Positions 36,138 through 46,722 of a DNA stretch of 64,000 bases are shown here, one piece after another; the first letter of the stretch is position 1; each line of letters opens with the position of its first letter. The DNA lies in the NCBI GenBank assembly GCA_045159875.1, contig CP067995.1, positions 1,056,001-1,120,000 on the forward strand, written 5' to 3'. This DNA comes from a cyanobacterium endosymbiont of Rhopalodia gibba. GTDB lineage: Bacteria > Cyanobacteriota > Cyanobacteriia > Cyanobacteriales > Microcystaceae. The notes beneath the pieces are model-generated. The model saw only the letters and a program-made list of their open reading frames with translations. It was not told the DNA's origin and searched no databases. The translations under genes and the position numbers were made by a program.

Positions 36138-37916
36138 ATGCAACCGCGACCCCTATTTCGTCGAACCAAAATTGTCGCCACTGTCGGCCCAGCTACCCAG
36201 AATAAAGAGGTGCTACGACAGCTTATCTTAGCTGGTGCTACAACTTTTCGTCTTAATTTTTCCCACGGTGATCACGATTACCATCAACATACGATTCGTC
36301 TCATTCGTCAAACAGCCTTTGAACTTAATGAACCTGTGGGTATCCTACAGGATTTACAAGGGCCTAAAATTCGTCTTGGTAAATTTACCTGTGGATCTAT
36401 CAATCTAAAAAATGGTGATCCTTTTATTCTTACTAGTCGTAAAGTTGAATGTACTTCAGAAGTTAGCTACGTTAGCTATAAACATTTAACCGATGAAGTC
36501 CCTGATGGGGCGAAGATTCTCCTCGATGATGGCAAAGTAGAAATGCGAGTGGAGAAAATTGATCGTGCCAGTCAAGAATTACACTGTCGAGTGGTAGTTG
36601 GAGGTGTTCTCTCTAGTAATAAAGGAGTTAACTTTCCAGGGGTTTACCTGTCGGTTAAAGCGTTAACTGCTAAAGACAAAACCGATTTGATGTTTGGACT
36701 CGACCAGGGAGTCGATTGGGTTGCTCTCAGTTTTGTTCGTAATCCCCAAGATATCTTAGAAATTAAGGACTTAATTGCTAATGCGGGAAAAGCAGTTCCA
36801 GTAATCGCCAAGATCGAGAAACATGAGGCGATCAAAGCGATGGAAGAAATTCTTAGTCTCTGTAATGGAGTAATGGTTGCTAGAGGAGATTTAGGAGTGG
36901 AATTACCCGCCGAAGATGTACCAATTCTTCAAAAACGCCTGATTCTCACGGCTAATAAATTGGGAATTCCGGTAATTACGGCCACCCAAATGTTAGATAG
37001 TATGGCCAATAATCCCCGTCCTACTCGCGCTGAAGTCTCAGATGTGGCTAATGCTATTCTCGATGGAACTGATGCGGTGATGCTTTCCAATGAAACGGCA
37101 GTAGGTAAATATCCCGTCGAAGCAGTAGCTACTATGGCTACTATTGCCGAACGTATGGAACAAGAACCTGTCTTGATTAAATCTTCTTATAATCCCAAAC
37201 AATCGATAACTAATGCTATTTCTTCGGCGGTTAGTCAAATTGCCCAAGAATTAGACGCGGCGGCGATTATGACCTTGACAAAAACGGGATCAACAGCACG
37301 AAATGTTTCTAAATTTCGTCCTCCCAAACCAATTTTAGCTATTACTGCTCATGTAGATGTAGCTCGACAGTTACAGTTAGTTTGGGGGGTTAAATCTCTT
37401 TTAGTTCTCGATTTCCCTTCACCGAGTCAAACATTTCAATCCGCTATTAATATTGCTCAGGAAAATCAGTTAGTCCAAGATGGAGATTTAGTGATAATGA
37501 CAGCTGGAACCCTTCAAGGGGTTTCCGGATCAACGGATTTAATTAAAGTAGAAATGGTAAAGGCTATTTTAGGAAAGGGTGTAGGAATTGGCCAAGCTTC
37601 TGCTAGTGGACGAGCGAGAATTGCCCAGAATCCTCGTGAATTGGGAGATTTTAAAGCTGGAGATATTCTGGTGGTTCCCCGAACCAATGCCGACTTTGTG
37701 GAGATGATGCGAAAAGCTTCAGGCATTATTACCGAAGAATCCAGTCTTACCAGTCATGCGGCAGTTATCGGAATTCGGTTAGGAGTTCCTGTCATTGTTG
37801 CTATGAAAGATGCTACCCAAATTATTCGTGAAGGGGCAATCATAACTTTAGATGCTGAAAAAGGCCATGTTTATTCTGGAGCTGTAGCTAGGGGCAATGG
37901 GAACGAATTATTTTAA
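36138..37916 (+). CDS. pyk: Pyruvate kinase with C-terminal PEP-utilising mobile domain
   Basis: RRTKIVATVGPA, RLNFSHG, MVARGDLGVE, ATQMLDSM, VMLSNETA; C-terminal TSHAAV. Confidence 0.97.
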   Translation: MQPRPLFRRTKIVATVGPATQNKEVLRQLILAGATTFRLNFSHGDHDYHQHTIRLIRQTAFELNEPVGILQDLQGPKIRLGKFTCGSINLKNGDPFILTSRKVECTSEVSYVSYKHLTDEVPDGAKILLDDGKVEMRVEKIDRASQELHCRVVVGGVLSSNKGVNFPGVYLSVKALTAKDKTDLMFGLDQGVDWVALSFVRNPQDILEIKDLIANAGKAVPVIAKIEKHEAIKAMEEILSLCNGVMVARGDLGVELPAEDVPILQKRLILTANKLGIPVITATQMLDSMANNPRPTRAEVSDVANAILDGTDAVMLSNETAVGKYPVEAVATMATIAERMEQEPVLIKSSYNPKQSITNAISSAVSQIAQELDAAAIMTLTKTGSTARNVSKFRPPKPILAITAHVDVARQLQLVWGVKSLLVLDFPSPSQTFQSAINIAQENQLVQDGDLVIMTAGTLQGVSGSTDLIKVEMVKAILGKGVGIGQASASGRARIAQNPRELGDFKAGDILVVPRTNADFVEMMRKASGIITEESSLTSHAAVIGIRLGVPVIVAMKDATQIIREGAIITLDAEKGHVYSGAVARGNGNELF

Positions 37917-38008
37917 GTGGTTAATCGTTTTTGCTTAACTTTATTTAACTTTTTCTATTAGTTAGAATCATAAATCGTGTTCTTATTCCAAAGAGAGCTT
38001 AATGCCTA

Positions 38009-38392
38009 ATGACTCAAATGCTAAAAAAAGTTAGTTCCATCGATAACGAACTGTCAAAACGTTTTATTGCTCTTGATCCTGGGGGCTACTTTATTATTTA
38101 TCTTGAGTGCGAAGATAAATTGATTTGTGCTGAACATTTTACTAATATCATTAATGAACAAGGGTTGGCTACTGCTCCTGAAACCGGTGAAATAATTGCT
38201 TGTCAAGGAGAAGTTGAACGCATTTTTGAGACCGTGTATAGGGGGAGAACAGCTAAAGAACTGTGTGTCAAAATCTTTGAAGAAATTAAACCCTGTCCAG
38301 TCACTATGTTAGACCATGCAGCTTATTTAGGGCGCGAATTTATTCGTGCTGAAATTGCCTTAATTAATGGGACGGAGTATATACAAGATTAA
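38009..38392 (+). CDS. DUF4346-like conserved cyanobacterial protein
   Basis: KRFIALDPGGYFII, GRTAKELC, LDHAAYLGREF, YIQD end. Confidence 0.8.
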   Translation: MTQMLKKVSSIDNELSKRFIALDPGGYFIIYLECEDKLICAEHFTNIINEQGLATAPETGEIIACQGEVERIFETVYRGRTAKELCVKIFEEIKPCPVTMLDHAAYLGREFIRAEIALINGTEYIQD

Positions 38393-39130
38393 TATTTAAT
38401 GACGAGATGCTAAAGTAAACAACCTCACTAGAGGATAAAAAAATTTAATTAAGTTGCCGAATAGTGAAGTTCAATTTTTAGTTGAGAATTCTAACCCCTA
38501 ACTGCGGCTGCTGTGAATGCATTATTCTAGATTTTATTACAATCTATCCAAGCTTATATTAGTGTTCGGTTTGTTTATTTTATGATTTTCTAATAGACCA
38601 TATTTAAAAAATCTTGTTTTTTAGTCAATGGATAAAGTACTGAGAATATTAGTCTGGAACCTTGATTGCTTTAACTAAACAAGAGTTGTTGAAGCTTTAA
38701 TGTTAATTATTTGAGCTTAATTGAAGATGATTTTGTATTAAACTTAAATAGTTGTCGGTTTGCACTAAGTCTTGTAAACTTAGGTCTTACATAATGCAAG
38801 TCTAATAAAATTGAAAAACATAGTTATTATTTTTAAGTATTTAAGAATAATAACTATGACAAAGTCAACAATCACTAAAAATATTGACCGTTATGCGTAG
38901 TATCAGACTGAGACAAATACTACCTCTGGCATAAGACTGCCGTTTTCCTTTCTCTCCATAACTTTAACTTTTGGTCGAACTCACGTTTAAGATAATTTGT
39001 AGAAACTTAGCAATATCAGGAATCTCAACCCTAAATTTCGCCTACTTGAAGAAATGTTAGTTGAGTATTGACTTAATCAAACTTCGAGCTAAAAAAGTTC
39101 CTGAGCTCCACTTTTTAAATTTAAAGTATC

Positions 39131-39162
39131 AAAAAGCCCTGCTGTAATCAGCAGGGCTTTTT
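39131..39162. terminator. Intrinsic terminator of the porin gene (bidirectional shape)
   Basis: aaaaagccctgctg-taat-cagcagggcttttt, directly downstream of the porin stop. Confidence 0.9.
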
Positions 39163-39178
39163 TTAATTCACACTAGAT

Positions 39179-41176
39179 CTAGAAGGAAAAGGTACCTCGA
39201 AGGGTTCCAATGACCTCACCGTCAGACCCTTGCATATTCACAAATTGCTCGGGCTTGGAGATCCAAACCACACCAGGAGTCAGAGAAATGTTGTCTGAAA
39301 CTTGATAGCGATAGAATACTTCAACTGTTATAGGATTTTGCAGAGGTAATTCGTAATACCCAGCAGTGGTGGGACGATCACTATCACCCTGATAAGGTTG
39401 AACCCCAGCAAACACACCTAATAAGTTACCCTCTTTGAACAAATCGGGGAAGGCGAAGCCACCGCCACCAGTCCAAAGTTCACCACTCATACCACGACCA
39501 AGATAGCGAACGTTGTGGAATGAACCAAACGCACTGAAGTTAACCCAGTCATAAGGCCGCCAAGTCCCAGCAACACCGTAACTGTTAGTAACTTTACCGC
39601 CCCAGTCAAAAGGATTAACTTCTAACCCATCTAGAGAGTTACGTCCGCTTCCATTAAAGGAGGTAGTGCTAGTTCCCGGATCTCCTACGCTTCCACCAGC
39701 AAAAGCATTATTTAGAGTAGAACGAGAACCGTTAGCAATGGAAGTACCAACAATTCCAGGCCCCTCGTTAATACCTTCACCGAAGATGGGGCTGTCGGGT
39801 TTGTGGTAAGCGTGAACATAGGTAAAACCAATGTTCACACTGTCAAAAATATTGGTATTAATCTGAGCTAAAGCACCGTAGTTACCATTGAACAAACCGT
39901 TACCACCGTCACTTTCAGCGTAGGGTTTGCCGGTTGCAGGGTTAGTACTGTTGCCACTGTTACATTTGCCTCCACCATCACCATTCACACAAGGACTGTT
40001 AGGGGTTCCGGCTAAATAACCGAAGCTGATAGACGTGGGACCGAGAACGTTATTTAACCAGTCAAGCTGAACACTCGCACCAGCACCAGCACCACCCCCA
40101 ATCCGGTAAATGGGGTTACGTTGAGAAAAGGTACTTAAAGAACCTTTTCCACCGTCAAAATCCTCGAAGAAGGGGTTTAAAGTGGGCACGAAGTCATACC
40201 ACTTACCACCCCAAGCAGATACGTAGGTATCAACCTTAAAGTTATTGAAGATTTTGACTGGAGCGTAGTAACCAACCCAGTCAATAACAACGTCATTGTC
40301 TTCTTCATTTCGCCGTGGCCCAATGTTAAAGGTTTGGGTGGCAGTAGGGTTTATCACAGTATTCTCCTCAAGAGAAACTCCGATAGGTTGACCTGTATCT
40401 GGGTTAATTACTCGTAGATCAGGCTGGTTCATAGTAAAACGATTACTTCCAGTCCCCGTACTAGCAGATAAACGAGTTACTAAAAGGTCTTCTCCACTAA
40501 AACTGCTGTTGAAGCTTAAACGAATTCTATCTTGCAGAACAGCTTGGTTATCTTCAGACGAACGGCTACCACCTGCTCCAGTAACAGCGAAGATGACTTC
40601 ACCAACTAATTTTGTAGTAGTGGAGAATTGATGATCTTCTAAGAAAGCTACTCGTCCTTCTAAGTTATCGACCCGTGCGCCCAAAGCAGCAAGTTCTGCT
40701 TCAAATTCCTGCATTAACCGCTTGAGTTTCTCGATATCTTCCCGTAGAACCGCGACGTTCTCTTGAATTAGACGCTCCATGGTGTTTAGACAAGCGTTCA
40801 AACCCGCGGCAAACTCCCAACGAGAAGTAGCACGGTTACCCCGGAAGGTACGGTCGGGATAACCAACAATACAACCATAACGTTCAACTAAACTACGAAG
40901 AGCTTCATAAGCCCAGTCAGTAGGAGACACATCCCGCAGTTCGCTAACGCTGGTTACTTGTTGATTCGTTTCCAGTCCATCTTCGTCGCTATAGGTTTCT
41001 AACTGTTCAACTAACTGAGATTGTTCAAGTTGAGCAACTTCAGAAACTATCGCCTCGTTCCCGGAAACTCCAGCCTGCGACTTGGTTTCGGCTGCCGTTG
41101 CAGCGGGTGAGACGGCTAAAGCCATTCCCAACAGGGCTGGACTAAATAACAATGATTTCCAAAATGGTCTAAGCAT
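39179..41176 (-). CDS. Cyanobacterial outer-membrane porin (SomA/OprB-like) with SLH domain
   Basis: Signal peptide, VTSVSELRDVSPTDWAYEALRSLVERYGCI SLH motif, QFSTTTKL, C-terminal GTLRGTFSF. Confidence 0.94.
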   Translation of the reverse strand: MLRPFWKSLLFSPALLGMALAVSPAATAAETKSQAGVSGNEAIVSEVAQLEQSQLVEQLETYSDEDGLETNQQVTSVSELRDVSPTDWAYEALRSLVERYGCIVGYPDRTFRGNRATSRWEFAAGLNACLNTMERLIQENVAVLREDIEKLKRLMQEFEAELAALGARVDNLEGRVAFLEDHQFSTTTKLVGEVIFAVTGAGGSRSSEDNQAVLQDRIRLSFNSSFSGEDLLVTRLSASTGTGSNRFTMNQPDLRVINPDTGQPIGVSLEENTVINPTATQTFNIGPRRNEEDNDVVIDWVGYYAPVKIFNNFKVDTYVSAWGGKWYDFVPTLNPFFEDFDGGKGSLSTFSQRNPIYRIGGGAGAGASVQLDWLNNVLGPTSISFGYLAGTPNSPCVNGDGGGKCNSGNSTNPATGKPYAESDGGNGLFNGNYGALAQINTNIFDSVNIGFTYVHAYHKPDSPIFGEGINEGPGIVGTSIANGSRSTLNNAFAGGSVGDPGTSTTSFNGSGRNSLDGLEVNPFDWGGKVTNSYGVAGTWRPYDWVNFSAFGSFHNVRYLGRGMSGELWTGGGGFAFPDLFKEGNLLGVFAGVQPYQGDSDRPTTAGYYELPLQNPITVEVFYRYQVSDNISLTPGVVWISKPEQFVNMQGSDGEVIGTLRGTFSF

Positions 41177-41186
41177 TTTCAGCTTT

Positions 41187-41196
41187 TCCTCACACC
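41187..41196 (-). promoter_or_regulatory. GTGTGAGGA motif in the porin 5'UTR (RBS region, Yfr1-complementary)
   Basis: mRNA strand reads aaGGTGTGAGGAaaagctgaaaATG; 9 nt complementary to the Yfr1 core ACUCCUCACAC. Confidence 0.6.
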
Positions 41197-41363
41197 TTAT
41201 AGATTGACTACAAAAAGTCTCATAGTCTTACTTCTCATCTCATTATACACAGCTTTTTTGGATAACAATATAAATAAGTTTATCTTTTGTTTAAGCTATC
41301 TTAAGATTATTTTTTTTTATATTAAAAGCTTTTAAATAATCTTGACTACCTTTACCAAGAAAG

Positions 41364-41413
41364 TTAAAACCCCAGCTAATTTTTCTCATTTGGGAGTAAA
41401 ACTAGCTGGGGTT
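41364..41413 (-). terminator. Hairpin downstream of the small ORF and upstream of the porin promoter region
   Basis: aaccccagcta (41368-41378) pairs with tagctggggtt (41403-41413); short T-run on the minus strand. Confidence 0.6.
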
Positions 41414-41501
41414 ATTGGGGTTATTCTCAGAAAATGATCTTCTGCTTGAAACCTAACTGCCGGAAGGAAAACTAACAACAGTTACATTACTGTGAAACTG
41501 A

Positions 41502-41576
41502 CTAATAAAAAACAGCTCCGGCGCACAGCTGGTTGAGTTCAATCAGAAGACCCACACTTTTACTACTATTTGTCAT
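41502..41576 (-). CDS. Candidate 24-aa small protein or dual-function sRNA
   Basis: AAAGGAGGTGATGCCC-ATG then MTNSSKSVGLLIELNQLCAGAVFY*; a second in-frame ATG at 41582. Confidence 0.5.
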   Translation of the reverse strand: MTNSSKSVGLLIELNQLCAGAVFY

Positions 41577-41628
41577 GGGCATCACCTCCTTTGCTGCCTA
41601 AATGGTTTATCTCAAAATCTAACTGTAC

Positions 41629-43065
41629 CTAGGCTAGCTTATTTGACCTCAAAAAATCAAGACAGTGACCTAAAAATTTTCTGAGAAAATCAGAATATTC
41701 ACCAAAATGAAGATGAATATAGGAAGCATGAAGTTTATGCGTTTTCCATCCTTCTTTCACCTTATGCGAGTTATATCTCCAGTTTTGTACAGAAAATAGG
41801 GGAGTTTTAGATACACAAGTTAAGTGTGAGCGGTGAAATTCGTGTCCCCAAATTGTTTGTCCGATGGTTAACAAAGGACTATTTTGGAGAGCAGTGGCTT
41901 GACGATAACCCAAGATTAGATTTTTTTTCATTATGGCCGTGGTTGGTAGTATTCCCACCATTGGCCATTTTTGATCTTGAAAATCAATGATTTGCTGACA
42001 AAGATACATTAACCCCCCACATTCAGCATAGGTAGGAATTTCACTGAAAATCGCGGATTTTACCGCTTCTCGTCCCCGACAATTTCTTGAGAGATCTTGA
42101 GCAAACATTTCGGGAAACCCTCCTCCGAAATAGAGACCATGAATATCCTGAGGTAAGTTTTCATCCTTTAGAGGACTCCAGGGAATAAGCTGTGCACCCA
42201 AGGTTTGGAAGATATCTAGATTGTCTTGATAGTAAAAATTGAAAGCGTTATCGCTAGCTACAGCAATTTTTATGGGAGAGGAATGAATCAAAGGATGAAG
42301 GGGTGAGGGGGTAAAGAAATCGAGAGGTGAAGGGGTGAGTAATGGTAAAAGATACTGCCAATTAAAAGCGGTTTGGGCCAAGTGGGCCAGTTGTCGAAAT
42401 AAAGACTCTAATTGAGTCAGTTCAGTGGTGGGGATTAAACCGAGGTGTCGAGCAGGAATTGTTAGAGAGTCTTGACGGCGTAAAGTTCCTAGAATGGGAA
42501 TATTAAGAGTATCTAGAGACTCTTGGAGTAAGTAAAGGTGGCGATTGCTACCGACCCTATTTAAAATGACTCCTACTAGATCAATATGAGGATCAAGAGA
42601 ACTATAACCGTGAGTGATAGCGGCTACTGACCCCGATAAATGAGAACAATCAATCACAAGAACCACAGGAATGTTTAAAAGTCGAGCAATATGAGCTGTA
42701 CTTCCATAATCTAGCGATCTTATTTCCTCAGACGTTTTTATCATTTCTCCCTTAAGTCTTGTGCCATCTTCCTTTTTACTGGGAATACCGTCAAATAACC
42801 CCATTAACCCTTCTACTAAAGCATATTCAACCTCTTGGCAGTGTTTAGCAAAACATAATTGAACATAAGCTTCGGAGGTTAGAATGGGGTCTAAATTACG
42901 ACAGGGCCGGCCAGTAATAGCAGTATGAAACATGGGGTCAATATAATCAGGCCCTACTTTAAACGATTGTACTCGGTGCTTTTGGGATGCTAAGAAAGCA
43001 AGTAGTGCTAGGGTGACTGTTGTTTTCCCTACGCCACTGCGATCGCCTGCAATCATTAATGCCAT
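41629..43065 (-). CDS. cobB: Cobyrinate a,c-diamide synthase
   Basis: SGVGKTT, FKVGPDYIDP, RHLGL, AFNFYY, GGGFPE, YAECGGLMYL, GHEFHRS. Confidence 0.95.
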   Translation of the reverse strand: MALMIAGDRSGVGKTTVTLALLAFLASQKHRVQSFKVGPDYIDPMFHTAITGRPCRNLDPILTSEAYVQLCFAKHCQEVEYALVEGLMGLFDGIPSKKEDGTRLKGEMIKTSEEIRSLDYGSTAHIARLLNIPVVLVIDCSHLSGSVAAITHGYSSLDPHIDLVGVILNRVGSNRHLYLLQESLDTLNIPILGTLRRQDSLTIPARHLGLIPTTELTQLESLFRQLAHLAQTAFNWQYLLPLLTPSPLDFFTPSPLHPLIHSSPIKIAVASDNAFNFYYQDNLDIFQTLGAQLIPWSPLKDENLPQDIHGLYFGGGFPEMFAQDLSRNCRGREAVKSAIFSEIPTYAECGGLMYLCQQIIDFQDQKWPMVGILPTTAIMKKNLILGYRQATALQNSPLLTIGQTIWGHEFHRSHLTCVSKTPLFSVQNWRYNSHKVKEGWKTHKLHASYIHLHFGEYSDFLRKFLGHCLDFLRSNKLA

Positions 43066-43684
43066 TTTTTCATCTACCTAAAATATTTTGTATTTTCATA
43101 TTTATTTCTTTTACACAAAGGGCTTAACTATTTCGGCACAATTGTCGAAATTTAGCATACGTACACATAAATAAGTAAAAATCTGCTATATTACAAGGTG
43201 TTAACTTTATTTCTTCCATTAAAATACCACTTCTAAGAACTTGCTTTAGATAAATCGTCTAAAATGCGCTTTCGCAACATCGACCGATGTTATCTTTTTT
43301 TATTCTAAAAATGGAATATTTTAAGTATAAGTAAAACCAATATATTTTAATTTTCGAAGGATTAATTTATTAGATATTTTTAGGTGCAACCAGCTTTATT
43401 GATCAGATTTAAGCCTTTATTTCTTCAGAGCAAATGTTAATTATTTAGGTTGCAAAAATTCACTTTTAAAGTGATAGATTATCTAGAGTTCTTTTAGGAT
43501 TTAAAGGAGTTAGAAGTTGTATCTTGACAAATTACATCAAATATGTAGCGTCTGGAATAAGTAGAGTGTCCACTGCATATAATCAAACTAACTCAAAGTT
43601 GCTTAGTTAATAAATAACCAAACTTATTAAAAAATAAGGGACTAAATTCTAGTTTAAATGCTCTAAAATAAAATTACAATTAGC

Positions 43685-44398
43685 TTGATTAGCTTCAAGA
43701 GACAATCCTCTTTGAAAGTGAGTTGCTCAATAGACACCGTGGAATCCGTACTGCAGTCTGACAACAAAACTATAACCCAAATGGCAGTATTACTAGACTG
43801 TTATGGGTTTGATATGCAAGAACGTTCTCCGGCTGAATATATTGACTACTGGTTGACCTCTTGTTCGAGATACTGGATTCGGTTGGCAATCGTCGAAGCT
43901 TTGTATCAAGGACGTTACAAAGCCGTTTCTGTTGACCATATTCTTCGTCTATGGAAACGAAGAGGACACCCTACCTTTCACTTTCCTCATGAATTTGAAC
44001 GGTTGATCTGTCGCAATGTTTTTGTTAACAAAGAGAATATTGACAAAATTGAGTATCAATCTTCAAGTACAAAGTGTCAAAAAACTAAGAAAGTTGATCA
44101 AGCCGATAAAAAAGATATTCAGCATCAACCATCAAAAAAACTAGATTCTTTAGCGATGCGCAGGTTAACTCAGTTTTCTCAAGATATACCCCAACAATTG
44201 AAATTGTCTTCTCCAACTATTGATTTGAATAACGGGATTTTAGAGAATGAACTACCAGTTGATGAATTTGTTTCATTAAATACAAAGTCAAAAAAAATAA
44301 AGTCCAAGCGTTCGATTCACCAATTCATTCCCCATTCTGATTCTTCCCAGTTGTATACTAAGCTCAGGGCCGCTGTTTATCAACAATTAGCCCAGTAA
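43685..44398 (+). CDS. Conserved cyanobacterial hypothetical protein (true start may be downstream)
   Basis: Core YGFD...WIRLAIVEALYQGRYKAVSVDHILRLWKRRG..FPHEFERLIC and C-terminal IHQFIP..LYTKLRA. Confidence 0.75.
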   Translation: MISFKRQSSLKVSCSIDTVESVLQSDNKTITQMAVLLDCYGFDMQERSPAEYIDYWLTSCSRYWIRLAIVEALYQGRYKAVSVDHILRLWKRRGHPTFHFPHEFERLICRNVFVNKENIDKIEYQSSSTKCQKTKKVDQADKKDIQHQPSKKLDSLAMRRLTQFSQDIPQQLKLSSPTIDLNNGILENELPVDEFVSLNTKSKKIKSKRSIHQFIPHSDSSQLYTKLRAAVYQQLAQ

Positions 44399-44515
44399 AC
44401 TTAGGGATTAATCACAATCTCTTATAAGATAATTCCCTTTAGTACTTGAAAAACTTACCTGAGCAGGCTTCACTTATCTAGCTTAACTATCAATACAGGG
44501 AATTGAATCTATTTT

Positions 44516-45334
44516 CTATTTAAATTTATCTAGATATAACATCCAAAGGCTAGAGGGTTTTGTTGGAACAGGAGTGGGAGTGGGAGTAATAGTAGGAGTA
44601 GCAGAATTATCCCGTAATTGGGAACCTGTTCCCCCATCACTTGGCTCAAGAAAAGGTCGTAAGTTAATAGCATTATTTGAAGGAGATGAATTATTCTGTC
44701 GGAGTAAATTTCCATTAAAAATGGGACTCAATTGATCGATGATTGACTCACTAGTCTTACTGCCAGTAAAAGCATTAACGCCTTGGGTATATTGTCCTTC
44801 TTCTGCTGCTATTAAGGTTTGGAAAATTTTATTACGGGTAGTCTCAGGATTTTTACCAGGAGGAATGGTTAAAACAATCCGACACGAGCGCTCTTGTTGA
44901 GTGGTAACACAGATAGTATCGTAGTGATTTTCTCTTCCTATTTTTAAATCTAATAATCCATCAGGCCGATACATTTCTAGACGACGACTAATTTCATTAC
45001 AACGTCGTTGCGCCGTCCAACCATCTCCTAAATCATTGGGAATTGCCCAAGGATAAGGCCGACGGTCTTGATTTTGAGGATAGTACATAACAGTGTATCT
45101 ACCTCTTTCTAACTGACAGATAAACCGTTTATTTTTTAAACTAGTATCAAAAGGTGTCAGAGGAGAAGAATTAGGTGGATCAGTTTCAATGACAACGTCA
45201 GCGTGGTTTGTAGGTACATTATAGTTATTAAATTGAGCCATCACTTTTGATTGGATAAAAACAGAAACAATAATTAAGAAAAAGCCTATTTTCTGAATTG
45301 GAGAATTGCTATATTCTTTTACTGAATTTGTCAT
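44516..45334 (-). CDS. COP23 domain-containing protein, probably exported
   Basis: Hydrophobic N-terminus; RFIC...YTVMY...WAIP..LGDGWTAQRRCNEISRRLEMYRPDGL...ICVT; INLRPFL..DGGTG. Confidence 0.8.
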   Translation of the reverse strand: MTNSVKEYSNSPIQKIGFFLIIVSVFIQSKVMAQFNNYNVPTNHADVVIETDPPNSSPLTPFDTSLKNKRFICQLERGRYTVMYYPQNQDRRPYPWAIPNDLGDGWTAQRRCNEISRRLEMYRPDGLLDLKIGRENHYDTICVTTQQERSCRIVLTIPPGKNPETTRNKIFQTLIAAEEGQYTQGVNAFTGSKTSESIIDQLSPIFNGNLLRQNNSSPSNNAINLRPFLEPSDGGTGSQLRDNSATPTITPTPTPVPTKPSSLWMLYLDKFK

Positions 45335-45399
45335 GATTAAAATTTACCTAAAAGCTAACATAAAGTAGAAGGTTCTCCCATTAAAAGTAACTTCCTAAA

Positions 45400-45919
45400 T
45401 CAAGGCTAATCTTGATTTAGTGTTTTTTAGCCTAAGAACGTGACACTTCAATTACCGCAACAATTACTTATTCTTAATGATTTATTTTTGATTAACTTAA
45501 TTTTTTTTTCAAACACTAAGCCACCATATTCAGTCGGTAAAGATAAAGTTTAGGAATTCGAAAGAGTATAAATCGCTTGTACTGAACTTTTATGGTTGAC
45601 CCGCGATCATATCATAAAATTTTTCTAAAAAAATAAATATAGTTAATTTTTTAGATGGTCTTCGCTGAGTGCCTGTATGATTATTTTCTCAAATCAGGTA
45701 ACTTTAAAAGTTGAGAGTAGTTTTGTCAGCTAGTTTTATCAGTTTGGCGCGGGACTGCTCTAAAAATTAAACTGTTATGATGCTCCCGAGGATATGGTTA
45801 GCATCATCCGCTTTAAGATGACAATAACGTGATTAGAAGTCCCAAATGCAGGAAGATTGCTAAAAAAATTCGCCGGCTAAAGTTTTTGACGATAACTGAG
45901 AAATTTGTATGGTTGTCAT
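45400..45919 (-). pseudogene. Phycobiliprotein lyase (CpcS/CpeS family, CpcV-like) pseudogene
   Basis: MTTIQISQLSSKTLAGEFF*QSSCIWDF*SRY...ITV*FLEQSRAKLIKLA...DRG...TLSLPTEYGGLVFEKKIKLI follows the family pattern EFF..S.G.W.S.RRY / RDRG / LRTEY.G.VFEEE.KLI; several stops. Confidence 0.75.
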
Positions 45920-46283
45920 GGATTAGTAACTTTTAAAAAGTAAAGTGGTTTCTCTATAAAAGTAGTCAAATATTAAGTTAAAGTTGATTAATCGTTGTAT
46001 TTTCAATGTATTGTTGAATGACTTCAAAGCAGCAAACTTTCATCGGTTAATTTAGATACTTAGAAATATATTTGAGAATAGTGAATATTATTTGATTTTC
46101 AAAAAATCGTATAATTTGTGCTACTACTCGTATTTTTATATAAAAATCATAAAGAGATAATTACTTTATAAAATCAAAAATTGAATAGCAAGTCATCAAG
46201 AAATTCTACTTTTTTAAAATTAATTTCAATAATAATTATTATTTTTAAATCTTTTTATTATTGGGTAACAGAACTAAGATATC

Positions 46284-46328
46284 ATTACCTAACTCGTAAT
46301 CATTCAACGTCATTACGAGTTAGGTAAT
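46284..46328. repeat. Inverted repeat (17-bp perfect arms, 11-nt loop)
   Basis: attacctaactcgtaat-cattcaacgtc-attacgagttaggtaat. Confidence 0.85.
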
Positions 46329-46722
46329 TTTTCATTAATCCTCTTATTTATAAATAAAATTATGAAAGTTATTATTGAATTAATTTATTAAATATTAACT
46401 AATTTTAATTTTAATTGAATAAAAAATATAATTTTTATCTAAAAACTTAGTGTAAACTTTTTTTTTGAGAGTTAAAAGTTTGTGGATTAGATAAAATAAA
46501 AGATTTATTATGATTTAAGGAATTCAACTTTAACACAACAATGTAATTCTGCAGTAAAGACTATAAATCTTCTCGATTGAGTATGATAAATGGGTAACCA
46601 ATAATTCCTAAAGTTTTTCTTTATTGATTATCTTTATTATAAAAAACAACCTTGTAATGTAAGACTGTCAACTTCTAGATTATGCTGTTATCACAGTTAA
46701 TCTAGAAGGGCTTAATTTTTTG

